The notes: generated by a model from the sequence alone, not told the origin. A DNA stretch of 61,411 nt from an uncultured virus (IMG/VR IMGVR_UViG_3300007516_000009) (IMGVR_UViG_3300007516_000009), one strand, 5' to 3'; positions 8,169 to 17,765 are shown, numbered from the stretch's first letter. Program-made: numbers and translations.

Positions 8169-8612
8169 ATGAGAAAAACACTAAAGGGATGGTTCACGCC
8201 CGTAAATCCCAACAAATATAGAGGCGATCCAACCAATATTATTTATCGTTCTAGTTGGGAATTGCGCTTCATGAAGTACTGTGACTTGAATTCGTCTGTA
8301 CTTAGTTGGGAATCTGAAGAATTCTGTATCCAGTATCGCCACCCAATGGATTCTAAAATACACAGATACTTTCCAGATTTTAAAATCCAAATCAAAACCC
8401 GGGAAGGAATTACAGAAACTTGGGTTATCGAAATAAAACCGTACGCCCAGACCCAAGAGCCAAAGACACAGAAGAAAAAAACAAAACGCTTTGTTACTGA
8501 GGTCGTTACCTATGCGGTCAATAAAAAAAAATGGGAGGCAGCACAAATTTGGTGTGAGAATAGGAAATTTAAGTTCATGATTTTCACTGAGAATGAACTT
8601 GGGATCAAATAG
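8169..8612 (+). CDS. gp4: Head completion nuclease gp4 (TnsA-like)
   Basis: PNKYRGDPTNIIYRSSWE..HRYFPDF..IEIKP. Confidence 0.95.
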   Translation: MRKTLKGWFTPVNPNKYRGDPTNIIYRSSWELRFMKYCDLNSSVLSWESEEFCIQYRHPMDSKIHRYFPDFKIQIKTREGITETWVIEIKPYAQTQEPKTQKKKTKRFVTEVVTYAVNKKKWEAAQIWCENRKFKFMIFTENELGIK

Positions 8613-8617
8613 TTTAT

Positions 8618-8625
8618 TATAAATA
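8618..8625 (+). promoter_or_regulatory. T4-type late promoter
   Basis: TATAAATA upstream of gp2. Confidence 0.8.
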
Positions 8626-8638
8626 TTAAAAATAGGAG

Positions 8639-9247
8639 TTGACTTTGGCCGTATTCGATGAAATTTTACTGAAAGGTATACGTTCCGGCCAGGTTCCAGC
8701 TCGTACTCGAGCATCTAGAACATGGTTCAGAAATACAGCCGCAAAGGCATCCGTCGGTAAGGATTTGGACTCTATGTCTAAACTTATCAAAGAACAATCG
8801 CGTATAAAAAATACACCGGTCGCTGGGCGGATGTATTTTTTCTTCTATAATCCGAAGCATAAGAAAACACTACCATATTACGATAAGTTCCCGCTGATTT
8901 TTAAAATACGAAACGTCCCAGATGGGTTCCTTGGAATAAATCTTCATTATTTACCACATGCCGCCCGAGCAAAACTTATGGATGCGCTCTATTCATTAAC
9001 AACAGACAAGCGATATGACGAAAAGACAAAACTTCAGTTGAGTTATAGGTTATTAAATGGTGCTTCTAAATTTAAATATTTCAGACCAACAGTCAAGATG
9101 TATCTGAATAATCACGTAAAATCGAAATTTCTTTTAATCGATTCGGTTGAATGGGATATTGCACTCTTTCTTCCGGTTGAAAACTTCGCTAAAGCAAGCA
9201 AGGAAGACGTTTGGGCCGACAGTGTTAAAAAGATTAAGGGTAAATAA
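8639..9247 (+). CDS. gp2: DNA end protector gp2
   Basis: YNPKHKKTLPYYDKFPL..GINLHYLP. Confidence 0.93.
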   Translation: MTLAVFDEILLKGIRSGQVPARTRASRTWFRNTAAKASVGKDLDSMSKLIKEQSRIKNTPVAGRMYFFFYNPKHKKTLPYYDKFPLIFKIRNVPDGFLGINLHYLPHAARAKLMDALYSLTTDKRYDEKTKLQLSYRLLNGASKFKYFRPTVKMYLNNHVKSKFLLIDSVEWDIALFLPVENFAKASKEDVWADSVKKIKGK

Positions 9248-10005
9248 TGCCATTCAATATCAACAATTTTACGGCTGAAGTTCAAAAAACGGGCTTTGCT
9301 AAAGTAAGCGACTTTGAAGTCGAGATTAACGGAGAAATCCTTTCGAGGTTGAGTTCAGTTGTATATCCATATACCACTGCGCGCACCTTTAATTTTCGCA
9401 TTGACTCTACAGTACTACCACAGCGGTCGATCATCCCGATTGACTACAAGGACTATGGACCTCCGCTAAAAATTGGTGGGTTGGCGAACTATGTTGAAAT
9501 TGATTTCACTATTTTGTGTAGTCCAAATCTTGTCGAGCGCGAATTTTTTATGGCTTGGCAGGATTTAGTTACTGGGCATCATCGCAAAACCGGTCAAACG
9601 TCACAGCAACGTAAGAATCAATTCGATATTGGTTATTATAACGATTATGTAAGTAAAAGCGGAATAAGCATATATCAGCTCAGTCCTGATGGTTACAGAA
9701 CATATGCGGTCGATCTTATTGATGCGTATCCGCTTGGCATATCTCCAATATCGCTTAGTTGGTCGCAACCGGAAATTCAAAGAATGACTGTAACGATGAC
9801 TTATAGATATTTCGAGGAACGTAACGAGTCTGAAATTGGATATCAAGAGCTTCCAGAACCAGAAATATTTGGTATGCGACCACAAATAAATATATCCCTT
9901 CAACAAATTAGGGACCTACCGAGAACAATTCGGCGTCTGCCTAAAACGTTGGCGAGACGAGCAGCAAGTACCCTACATAAATCTGGCATTGATATTGGAT
10001 TTTAA
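9247..10005 (+). CDS. gp54: Baseplate tail-tube initiator gp54-like
   Basis: Tube-protein-like motifs (AYPLGISPISLSW, VTMTYRYF); synteny. Confidence 0.75.
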   Translation: MPFNINNFTAEVQKTGFAKVSDFEVEINGEILSRLSSVVYPYTTARTFNFRIDSTVLPQRSIIPIDYKDYGPPLKIGGLANYVEIDFTILCSPNLVEREFFMAWQDLVTGHHRKTGQTSQQRKNQFDIGYYNDYVSKSGISIYQLSPDGYRTYAVDLIDAYPLGISPISLSWSQPEIQRMTVTMTYRYFEERNESEIGYQELPEPEIFGMRPQINISLQQIRDLPRTIRRLPKTLARRAASTLHKSGIDIGF

Positions 10006-10024
10006 GTTAAAATGGAGTTTTTGA

Positions 10025-10738
10025 ATGGCATTACCTAAATTAATAGTACCCACGTTTACAGCAGTTATCCCGTCAACTAAGGAACCTATTAAGTTCCGGC
10101 CGTTTCTGGTTAAAGAAGAAAAGCTATTACTTATGGCGCTTGAGGGTAATGACCCCACTGAGATCGAAGAAGCGATCACTAATATCCTATCTGAGTGCAT
10201 CATCACACCCGGCTTTGATGTCCGTAAGCTTGCGTCGTATGATGTGGAGTATCTTTTCATCATGCTACGAGCTAAATCTGTTGGTGAATTCGTAGACCTA
10301 AACCTTAGGCACGGATCAGAAAGCAAGTGTACCCATATCACTAAGCACTCACTCGATCTCACGAAAATTAAAACTAAATTTAACCCAGAACACACCAACA
10401 TCATTCATATTACTGAAGAGCTTGGCTTAAAAATGCGCGATCCATCACTACACGATATTGCTAAAAATATGGACCAAACTCAGGATGAACTTGATAATAT
10501 TATTAGCATCATCGCTTCGTGTGTTGAGCACGTATTTGATATTGATACTGTATACGAAGAATTTTCACATAAAGAAATGGTAGAGTTGTTAAGTAATATG
10601 ACCCAAAAGCAATTCACTAACGTTCAAAAGTTCTTTGAGACTATTCCAGTCATGACTCATACAATTGATTGGACTTGCGAAGAATGTATGAAGACTGACA
10701 CGATAGTATTGGAGGGCCTGCAAAGTTTTTTTATGTAG
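10025..10738 (+). CDS. gp26: Baseplate hub assembly protein gp26-like
   Basis: MALPK..FRPFLVKEEKLLL..DVEYLF..LRAKSVGE..LEGLQSFF. Confidence 0.92.
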   Translation: MALPKLIVPTFTAVIPSTKEPIKFRPFLVKEEKLLLMALEGNDPTEIEEAITNILSECIITPGFDVRKLASYDVEYLFIMLRAKSVGEFVDLNLRHGSESKCTHITKHSLDLTKIKTKFNPEHTNIIHITEELGLKMRDPSLHDIAKNMDQTQDELDNIISIIASCVEHVFDIDTVYEEFSHKEMVELLSNMTQKQFTNVQKFFETIPVMTHTIDWTCEECMKTDTIVLEGLQSFFM

Positions 10739-10740
10739 TC

Positions 10741-10917
10741 CTCAGTCATGATTCGCTCGTTAATCATTATTATGTTAACTTTTCGTTGATGCAACACCAC
10801 AAATATTCATTGACTGAGCTCGAAACAATGATTCCCTTCGAACGCCAAGTTTATTTGCAATTGTTAATACAACACCTAGAAGAAGAAAAAGAAAGATTAG
10901 AGAAACCAAATGGCTGA
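10741..10917 (+). CDS. gp51: gp51-like baseplate hub assembly segment; start uncertain, possibly reached by -1 frameshift
   Basis: Hand-translated LSHDSLVNHYYVNFSLMQHHKYSLTELETMIPFERQVYLQLL; first in-frame ATG only at 10789. Confidence 0.85.
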   Translation, partial: LSHDSLVNHYYVNFSLMQHHKYSLTELETMIPFERQVYLQLLIQHLEEEKERLEKPNG

Positions 10918-12562
10918 TTTAAACGACGTAATCGCACGAATTAAAGCCGAAGGGCAACTTATCCGAAACACGGGTACGAACTCGATAAAGCGCTCGAACG
11001 AGCTTCTATCAGAACAAACTGATGTTCTTCGGACAATCGGTAGAAATCTTAATAAGATGACTATCGTTCAAGCAAGAGCCGATATCAACCAGAATGGCAT
11101 TAAACGGCCTGAGCGTGTGTCACCGGTATCAGAAACAAGCGGGTTTGGTATATTTAAGGCCCTAACTGCGGCGATCAGTGAGAAGACGATTGGACAGTTT
11201 GGTATCGGTAAGAGCCAGCGGGCCAGTAAAGTCCGAAGTGCGATTGCCTCACCATTTCAAAAAGCATATGCCGCCGTAACGGATCCGATTAAAGAAAAGC
11301 GTGAGCAGCTCATCGATAAACTTCTCGATATCGCTCGGCTCAAGCCAAAGTCGGGTGTAGAAGAAGACCAACAGCAACAGCAATTCGAAGAGTTCACTGG
11401 CACAGTTACCGATAATCTCGGTGAAGATGGATCAATCGCAACCGCAATCGGCAACCAAACCAACGTGATTACGTCAATTTATAATCTATTGGCCGACATG
11501 ATTACTACTGACCGGAATAAAGAGCTAGAACGACAGGATTTGGCGTTAACCGAAAACAGATTTCAGCCAACAAAAGAAGTAATAGCGCCGATGGATAAAG
11601 AAACAAAAAATCCATTTGTCGGAATATTAGATAAATTTGCAGGTATAGCCGCATTAGGTGCTGGTCTAGCCGCGCTGGCATCACTTGTTGGGTCGTTTGC
11701 AACAATCATTACAGTCGCCGGCACAGCCGCAATAGGCGCTGCTGCTGCTGTTATTGCGGCGGTTGCTGCCCCGGTTGTCTTGGGTCTAACAGCAGTTGGA
11801 GCAGCTATTGCGGGTGTTATTACAGGTGGTATTTTAGGTGCTGCGAAAGTCGGCGATTATATAGAAGATCTGCTAGGAATCAAAAAGAAAATAGAAAAAT
11901 ACACCAATACGCCCGAATTTAAACAGCGCGGCGCCGAGGTAAAAGAAGCTGGAAAAAAGTTCGGCGGGAATACTAAAATAGAGAAGGCAAAAAGCAACCG
12001 AGATATTATGCTCGAAGCAGGTAAGGCAGGAATTACTCAAAAAGATATCGGTAAGCTGTTTTATAAAGAACGCGATGATGATTTCTTGGTACTTAAGGGC
12101 GACAAGTTTGCTGGAAAACTATACCAGAAATCCACCGGCCAGATAATATCTAAAGATGAAGCAGGCCAGCTGACTATTCCAACTATTGTTCCGCAAACAC
12201 ATATTCTACCGGATCCAATAAAACTAATTAAACCATCAGCACGATTGAGTATTCCCCAGAAAAATGATCCGTCTCGCGGAGAATTATATAATACAGATGG
12301 CACTTTAAAATCTGATCTGGATAAGTTGGTACCATCGCCTATAATTTCGCCTAAAGGCATAGCTATTAGTCGCGGGTCTAAAGACGTTGAAGCGGCGAAA
12401 ACCAACACCGCAAACATCATCAACGCACCCACCGATGCCCGATCAAGCACCGTGAATAATACTGTTGTGAATAATTCTAGGGGTGGAATTTCTAAGGCAC
12501 CAGCCGCTCGTAAATCAATTTTACGGGGTGGAGTGTATGACTGGGGTATGTCATACCCATAA
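10910..12562 (+). CDS. Tape-measure-like protein (gp29-like)
   Basis: 550 aa, helical N-terminus, Ala/Gly-rich hydrophobic stretch; follows gp26/gp51. Confidence 0.65.
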   Translation: MADLNDVIARIKAEGQLIRNTGTNSIKRSNELLSEQTDVLRTIGRNLNKMTIVQARADINQNGIKRPERVSPVSETSGFGIFKALTAAISEKTIGQFGIGKSQRASKVRSAIASPFQKAYAAVTDPIKEKREQLIDKLLDIARLKPKSGVEEDQQQQQFEEFTGTVTDNLGEDGSIATAIGNQTNVITSIYNLLADMITTDRNKELERQDLALTENRFQPTKEVIAPMDKETKNPFVGILDKFAGIAALGAGLAALASLVGSFATIITVAGTAAIGAAAAVIAAVAAPVVLGLTAVGAAIAGVITGGILGAAKVGDYIEDLLGIKKKIEKYTNTPEFKQRGAEVKEAGKKFGGNTKIEKAKSNRDIMLEAGKAGITQKDIGKLFYKERDDDFLVLKGDKFAGKLYQKSTGQIISKDEAGQLTIPTIVPQTHILPDPIKLIKPSARLSIPQKNDPSRGELYNTDGTLKSDLDKLVPSPIISPKGIAISRGSKDVEAAKTNTANIINAPTDARSSTVNNTVVNNSRGGISKAPAARKSILRGGVYDWGMSYP

Positions 12563-12594
12563 AAAAATGGGGAGCCGAAGCTCCCCATTTTTTA
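12561..12594. terminator. Bidirectional intrinsic terminator
   Basis: AAAAAAATGGGGAGC-CGAA-GCTCCCCATTTTTT between convergent genes. Confidence 0.92.
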
Positions 12595-13482
12595 TTATTC
12601 GTTGGCTAGGGTTTTAAAGAAAGCCAAACTATCATCGTCATCATCAGCCCAAGGAGCCAATTCGGTTTTTGCTGTTTCTGTAGCAGGTTTGCTACGTGCA
12701 GCGACTGGCGCCACTTCTTCTTGTTCCGCTGTTCTGGTATTACCGGCTGGGCCTAGAGCGCGTGCCAACTTGGCAGCAAGTTCGGGGTACGACTTGAAGT
12801 TCTTCGGATCAAGCAGTTCCTGAAGCGCATACTGTGATTCCCATACCGTTTCAAGCACGGCATCGTCATTAAGCAGTGGGCCCGCCGCGTCGAACTCAGA
12901 CTTATCGTAATTTGGCCAACCCTCGACTTTGCGTATTTTGAGCTTGAAGTTAGCACCTTCCCACAGATCGTACGGATTAATCGGAGCTTCATCGTCAAAT
13001 TCCGGGTGCATTAAATCGTTAAGTTTATCATATATCTTCTTACCGAAACGATAAATGAATACCTTACCTTCATTTTCTGGGTGCGCCGGATCCTTTAGAA
13101 TATACACGTTTGCGTAATACGAAAGCTTGCGCTTCTGAGCCCGAGCCTGTTCCTTTCCAGCATCGTCTCCGCGGTTCCACAGCACACTATTGTATTCACC
13201 ACACGGATCATTCTGGTTTAGCGTGCTGAGAGAATTCTCGATATACCATCCGCCCTTACCCTGGAATCCATGAGAGAAGATGCGAACGAAAGGAACCGTT
13301 TCGCCCTTCGACGGAGGAAGGAATCGAATTACCGCGTATCCGTTACCGGCTTTATCGGTTTCTGGCGACCAAAGTCGTTCGTCTCGATCATATCCGCCAG
13401 AATTGTGTTTGTTGGTTTCTTCTACGATCTTGTCATAGAGAGACTTGCCGCCGCGTTTTAGTTCTGAGAAAGATGTAGTCAT
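12595..13482 (-). CDS. gp32: Single-stranded DNA-binding protein gp32
   Basis: DKAGNGYAVIRFLP..HGFQGKGGWYIENSL; acidic tail. Confidence 0.97.
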   Translation of the reverse strand: MTTSFSELKRGGKSLYDKIVEETNKHNSGGYDRDERLWSPETDKAGNGYAVIRFLPPSKGETVPFVRIFSHGFQGKGGWYIENSLSTLNQNDPCGEYNSVLWNRGDDAGKEQARAQKRKLSYYANVYILKDPAHPENEGKVFIYRFGKKIYDKLNDLMHPEFDDEAPINPYDLWEGANFKLKIRKVEGWPNYDKSEFDAAGPLLNDDAVLETVWESQYALQELLDPKNFKSYPELAAKLARALGPAGNTRTAEQEEVAPVAARSKPATETAKTELAPWADDDDDSLAFFKTLANE

Positions 13483-13574
13483 ATTTTATGTGCTCCATGT
13501 TTAAGTATTAACTGAATATTTTTTTGTCCACTTATACATCACGATATATTATATATAAGCGTTTTCGGTTACAT

Positions 13575-14192
13575 TTAAATATTGTTGATTGTTTCCTTGA
13601 TTATTTTACGGATTTCTCCGTGGTCGTATTGGAGGAATGGTGCGTATTTTAAGATAAAGGTTCGCCGATCACCCCAAATAATATCCGAGAGTTCGGACTC
13701 CCAGTAAACGAAAAAATTGAGCTCATTATTAAGCAGCACAATAAAATCAATCGTGATGCTACCCCGAAGTAACAGTTTGAAAAGTTCCGGGTGCTCGCTG
13801 TCATGTACCTTTAGAAGGTCGTCGAGTGAAAGTTCATTTATCCTGCAATAATCTATTAGTCCTAATAGCTCTTCTTTAAAATTATAGCATAGGGCCTCGT
13901 GATACCGCTTCCATTTTTTATATATTTCTTCACCGGCATCAGAAACCATGTTGCCTACCCACGCCTTATCGTCCGACGCGAAATTTGCAACAAAGAAGTT
14001 TACAAGATCACTATCATATTTTTTCTGGATTTTCTGAAAGAAGTATTTGTCGCGGCGCTTCAGAAAGGATTCTTCTGTAGCTCGAACCTTTCCCTTATAT
14101 TTGAAGAAATCATAGTTGCTCGAAAAATGTTGCTTTAGCGCTAAATATATCTTATATGTATCGAAGCCTCGCTTCGTGTCGTCATATATCAT
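13575..14192 (-). CDS. gp59: Helicase loader gp59
   Basis: YKIYLALKQHF..YDFFKYKGK..FLKRRDKYFF. Confidence 0.93.
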   Translation of the reverse strand: MIYDDTKRGFDTYKIYLALKQHFSSNYDFFKYKGKVRATEESFLKRRDKYFFQKIQKKYDSDLVNFFVANFASDDKAWVGNMVSDAGEEIYKKWKRYHEALCYNFKEELLGLIDYCRINELSLDDLLKVHDSEHPELFKLLLRGSITIDFIVLLNNELNFFVYWESELSDIIWGDRRTFILKYAPFLQYDHGEIRKIIKETINNI

Positions 14193-14407
14193 ATCGGAAG
14201 CTTATTGATTTTTTCCTTCATCATGTTCAGATCGCTAGCTTCGCCCGCGATGGTTTGCTTGATCCGAACGTTGATGAGTTTTGCGGCTGTTTCTACTTCT
14301 ATATCGTTCTGTTCGCAATAATGCACAATTGCTTCCATATAAGGAATATGGAGGTCTCGCACAATAGTTTCTATTTTGAGTGAAAATGTTTTCGTATCAT
14401 CTATCAT
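14189..14407 (-). CDS. gp33: Late transcription coactivator gp33
   Basis: YMEAIVHYCEQNDIEVE..KLI; synteny with gp59 and gp32. Confidence 0.9.
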   Translation of the reverse strand: MIDDTKTFSLKIETIVRDLHIPYMEAIVHYCEQNDIEVETAAKLINVRIKQTIAGEASDLNMMKEKINKLPI

Positions 14408-14613
14408 TTAGTTTCCTTAAAATCGGGTGATGTTGAAAAATGGTATCTACCATTTCGGATTTGATCGTGAATGATAAGCCGACATTCGGTAGAGCTCATA
14501 TGCTCAAACTTTATAAAGATTTGGTTTCTAGGATGATGATCTGTTTTGAGCCCGATGCTAGTCCATATTGGACTTTCTAGCCAATCCCATACCTGTGTTC
14601 TAACGGATTTCAT
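14404..14613 (-). CDS. Diverged MKSV-family small protein
   Basis: MKSVRTQVWDW start; ATGA overlap with upstream gene. Confidence 0.7.
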   Translation of the reverse strand: MKSVRTQVWDWLESPIWTSIGLKTDHHPRNQIFIKFEHMSSTECRLIIHDQIRNGRYHFSTSPDFKETK

Positions 14614-15095
14614 TTCAACCTATAAAAAATGTGTTCGCCAATAGCGACTGTACGATATTCCTTTTTTGCCCATACAGGTTTAATCGTCCGAGTATGATAA
14701 TGAGTAGCGCCTAGAGTAACGTCCCATACATAATATCTAATATACAAGATCGTTTTAGTGAGGATTTCTATTTGTTGCCAAGCAAATTTATTTCGTGGCC
14801 GATCGCTACGAGCATCACAGGTCCATGAGAATTGGCAGCCGTATTTTTGGCCTGTGTATTTGTTCTGATATACCACGGCGCAGATCGTCGTTGGATATTT
14901 GTCGCTTATCACTCTATTCATAGTGACAAACGCAACGGCCAACTGTCCCGCAATAGATTGATTTCTTGCCTCAAAATAGATGTTTAGTGCCATACATCGT
15001 TCGTCTTTTGATGATACCTTTCCGATCTGTGCATACATAGATTTTCCATATGCAGGGCCCGTAAAAAGTAACAAAAGAATGATAAAATATTTCAT
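14610..15095 (-). CDS. SleB-like cell wall hydrolase (Hydrolase_2) with signal peptide
   Basis: CMALNIYFEAR..VTMNRV..CQFSW..GATHYH..IGEHIFY. Confidence 0.92.
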   Translation of the reverse strand: MKYFIILLLLFTGPAYGKSMYAQIGKVSSKDERCMALNIYFEARNQSIAGQLAVAFVTMNRVISDKYPTTICAVVYQNKYTGQKYGCQFSWTCDARSDRPRNKFAWQQIEILTKTILYIRYYVWDVTLGATHYHTRTIKPVWAKKEYRTVAIGEHIFYRLK

Positions 15096-15101
15096 TTTAA
15101 G

Positions 15102-15130
15102 ATTATAACCTATGTTAGTTACGATGTCAA
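15102..15130 (-). promoter_or_regulatory. Consensus sigma70 promoter
   Basis: TTGACA-17bp-TATAAT. Confidence 0.85.
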
Positions 15131-15169
15131 TGAAAAAGTGGTCTTTTTTTCTGTTGCAAGGAAAAAAGA

Positions 15170-15438
15170 CCAAAACCCCGATTAAAATACAAGTAGGATT
15201 AAGCCGCTAGGCGAAGTTCCATTTTGTAATTATCATTGCTAACATTTAAGTTTGCATTTACTAATTTGACCCATAAGGCAGTCATCCCTGTAACTCCAGT
15301 CATCTACTAATTGCCCGTCGATCCTATTTCCCGCCCATCATAAGGACACATATCGACAGGATTTCTATGTGTCCTTATGGTGGACGGGTCGGGTACTGCC
15401 CCCGAGTCCGAGTCAATGTTGAACTTCCTTCAACGTTA
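15170..15438 (-). ncRNA. ssrA: Permuted two-piece tmRNA, tag (A)NLNVSNDNYKMELRLAA
   Basis: Acceptor piece ending CCCGUCCACCA (15378); 14-bp intervening hairpin; coding piece starting GGGCGGGAAAUAGGAUCGAC (15336); G3-U70 pair; tag frame 15255-15199. Confidence 0.92.
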
Positions 15439-15444
15439 CAAATA

Positions 15445-15452
15445 TATTTATA
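15445..15452 (-). promoter_or_regulatory. T4-type late promoter in front of the tmRNA
   Basis: TATAAATA. Confidence 0.75.
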
Positions 15453-15464
15453 CTATAAGCTAAT

Positions 15465-15491
15465 CCGGGAGGGACCGAAATCCCTCCCGAG
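15465..15491 (-). terminator. UUCG hairpin after the DUF932 gene
   Basis: CGGGAGGGA-TTTCGG-TCCCTCCCG. Confidence 0.65.
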
Positions 15492-15496
15492 TTTAG

Positions 15497-16438
15497 TTAC
15501 GCCGCATCTGCATATTCAACTGCAAGCTCGAGCGCTTCGATCTTCTTCTTCCGGTTTGCGCCGAACCAAGCCGACTGCATCCGGGTGTCAGCCGACCGAC
15601 CGAGTGTGTGGTCAGACATGTAAGTTACTGTGTTAAAAGCAGACCACCATGATCCGCGCCCAAACTCAGCGCCAGGCTGAGTTTCGAGATATTCCATCGC
15701 TGCCTTAGAGTTCCGAGAGATAACTGTTTCGGTACCCTTCGTTGATGTACGCGGAAATATCTTATTGAAGTATTCCACAATGTTCTCATTAGTGAAACGC
15801 TTCGATCCGAGGAAGCGCGCTGCCTCCTTATAGCTCTCAAGCTTTTCAGACGCAACACCGAGAGTTTTCTTGACGGATTCGGCATCGAACTCGTTCCGGT
15901 GGTTGACCTTTACCATGTGCTCCGATTTACCGGATAGTGAAAGCGCCAGGGTATTGGAGCACACGACCCGTGTCGGCGTCATTCGCACGTCAATCGACAT
16001 GCCATATTTGTGTGGATTCGAGAAGAGTAGATACTGCTCGATCACATCGCCCTTGAATACCTCAAAGGAATCATGAACCTTTGCGAGCGCCCAGATGCGC
16101 CGACCTTCTTCGAGTGACCCTGCCGTATGCATTTCCATATCTCCGGCACGGACGAAGTCGTTGAAGAACTGAAAGGCAGCTTCATTCTGAAGCGGATTCC
16201 AGTCCGCTCCGATCACGTCGAGAAGAGAATTATCGGTTTTGCGAACCAGCGCCATTTTGCCGGGCACGAACGTTTCTTCTTTCCCGGTCTTGTAAAACAA
16301 GTTTCGCTTCTCAACTTCCCAGTTGAGCCCAGCCGCATCAAGCATCTGGGATGGCGTCAGATCGGGAAGAACCTTTAATCCAAGGCCATGCCACGGAACT
16401 TCGCCGCTCCAGGCCATAGTTTCTACAAGTGCGCTCAT
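15497..16438 (-). CDS. DUF932 family phage/plasmid protein
   Basis: VETMAW..PWHGLG..TAGSL..GRRIW..TPTRVVCSNTL. Confidence 0.88.
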   Translation of the reverse strand: MSALVETMAWSGEVPWHGLGLKVLPDLTPSQMLDAAGLNWEVEKRNLFYKTGKEETFVPGKMALVRKTDNSLLDVIGADWNPLQNEAAFQFFNDFVRAGDMEMHTAGSLEEGRRIWALAKVHDSFEVFKGDVIEQYLLFSNPHKYGMSIDVRMTPTRVVCSNTLALSLSGKSEHMVKVNHRNEFDAESVKKTLGVASEKLESYKEAARFLGSKRFTNENIVEYFNKIFPRTSTKGTETVISRNSKAAMEYLETQPGAEFGRGSWWSAFNTVTYMSDHTLGRSADTRMQSAWFGANRKKKIEALELAVEYADAA

Positions 16439-16550
16439 TATATATTTTCCTTATGATGTCAAGTTTTATTTACATTATTAATATATCACAACAGACTTTA
16501 ACTGTCAACACTTATAATTTAAATTTTAGTTGTGATATCAGGGCATTTTT

Positions 16551-16742
16551 TTACGAATTAACCCGCGCATTGATTTTGTTCCACGCTGTAGCAAAAACAA
16601 CATCGCCTAGCATGCCCTGGACGTCGAGCCCAGGGCTCAATTGGTAGAACGCTTTACGTGTCACAGTAATAACTCCTTTATTGACACACCCACAAATTAA
16701 ATCTACTGGTATATGTTTGACTCTGCGACGGACCGATTTCAT
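16551..16742 (-). CDS. Diverged MKSV-family small protein
   Basis: MKSVRRRV start; ATGA overlap. Confidence 0.65.
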   Translation of the reverse strand: MKSVRRRVKHIPVDLICGCVNKGVITVTRKAFYQLSPGLDVQGMLGDVVFATAWNKINARVNS

Positions 16743-16933
16743 CTGATAACTTTCCAAATCTGCTGCTTGATGTCTTTTTGAATAGCGTTATTAATACGCG
16801 ATTCATTCGCCAACCAAACCCCGTCAAAAATCGTGTTCAAAGCATCACACCAAATTCGTTGATCGACACGAGCTAATATAAGATCATCCATATGTTGTCT
16901 GATATCTTTAATTTCGCGCCTGACCGATTTCAT
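16739..16933 (-). CDS. Diverged MKSV-family small protein
   Basis: MKSVRREI start; ATGA overlap. Confidence 0.7.
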   Translation of the reverse strand: MKSVRREIKDIRQHMDDLILARVDQRIWCDALNTIFDGVWLANESRINNAIQKDIKQQIWKVIR

Positions 16934-17076
16934 GTCACTTTCCGTATATATTTTTGCATGTCATCTTCGCTATATCTCGCCGTCGCCGCCCAATTACGAA
17001 AGGCGCGGCATTCTTGCCCAGTTTCTTCACACGGTTCTTTATTTGGACAAGTATCACACGGTATTTCGTCGTTCAT
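16930..17076 (-). CDS. Small Cys-rich hypothetical protein
   Basis: MNDEIPCDTCPNKEPC..EC; GAGGA RBS. Confidence 0.6.
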   Translation of the reverse strand: MNDEIPCDTCPNKEPCEETGQECRAFRNWAATARYSEDDMQKYIRKVT

Positions 17077-17258
17077 TTAATATCCTCGTATAGGTGTTTT
17101 TCTATCGGTTCGGCGAGCCGCTGCCAAATCCGCTCATAAATCGATGAGGCCGGTACTTTGAGACCGGCATATAAGATTCGATCATCGACTTGATCCCAGA
17201 CTCGATTCTTAACTTTATCCCAGGCCTGACCCCTAACTTCCCACCTAACGGATTTCAT
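17073..17258 (-). CDS. Partly diverged MKSV-QV protein
   Basis: MKSVRWEVRGQAWDKVKNRVWDQVDDRI, then unique sequence. Confidence 0.75.
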   Translation of the reverse strand: MKSVRWEVRGQAWDKVKNRVWDQVDDRILYAGLKVPASSIYERIWQRLAEPIEKHLYEDIK

Positions 17259-17362
17259 CGCGTTTATCTTTCCTTGTGTATATTTTCTTCGGCACTTCAA
17301 TCCGATGTCGGTAAGGACTGTCCTTTATGAACATCACCTTACCGATTCGGATTGCTTTTTTC

Positions 17363-17692
17363 TTAAGTAGCGGCATGACGTTTCGCTTGGTCCCCGAGAA
17401 ATTCTTTCACACCGGCCTGATTCGGCGAATATCCAGCCCGCACGAGGTTTATTTTTACACCAAGAGATACATAACCCCTTTCAGCCAAGATCGGAATGGG
17501 ACTCTTGCCCAGCGCCATCGCACCAAGATATTCCTCGACCGTGAAGTTTTTAATAAGAAACTTCATAAAGTGGGTTGCTTTGGCTTTACCGCTACCGTAC
17601 TTGAAGCGCGCAATGAAATGATTACCGTCACCGGTCTGGTACATCGTGTAATCACCAGAGAAGAAGAAATTCTTTTTATTAAAGGCGGTCAT
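17363..17692 (-). CDS. Hypothetical protein behind promoter cassette
   Basis: 109 aa ORF, AGGAG RBS. Confidence 0.8.
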   Translation of the reverse strand: MTAFNKKNFFFSGDYTMYQTGDGNHFIARFKYGSGKAKATHFMKFLIKNFTVEEYLGAMALGKSPIPILAERGYVSLGVKINLVRAGYSPNQAGVKEFLGDQAKRHAAT

Positions 17693-17765
17693 AATTTATC
17701 TCCTGTTTCAATATAATTACTATATCACATCCGGAAACGATGTTAACAATTATTTTTAAAATCTT
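17693..17765 (-). promoter_or_regulatory. Repeated early promoter+RBS cassette, copy 2
   Basis: Near-identical to 1582-1656; begins at the rtcB stop codon. Confidence 0.85.

Noticed and set aside
14610..15173. 187-aa N-terminally extended hydrolase ORF
   Set aside because: The extension overlaps a terminator-like hairpin and the promoter; the start at 15095 gives a clean signal peptide.
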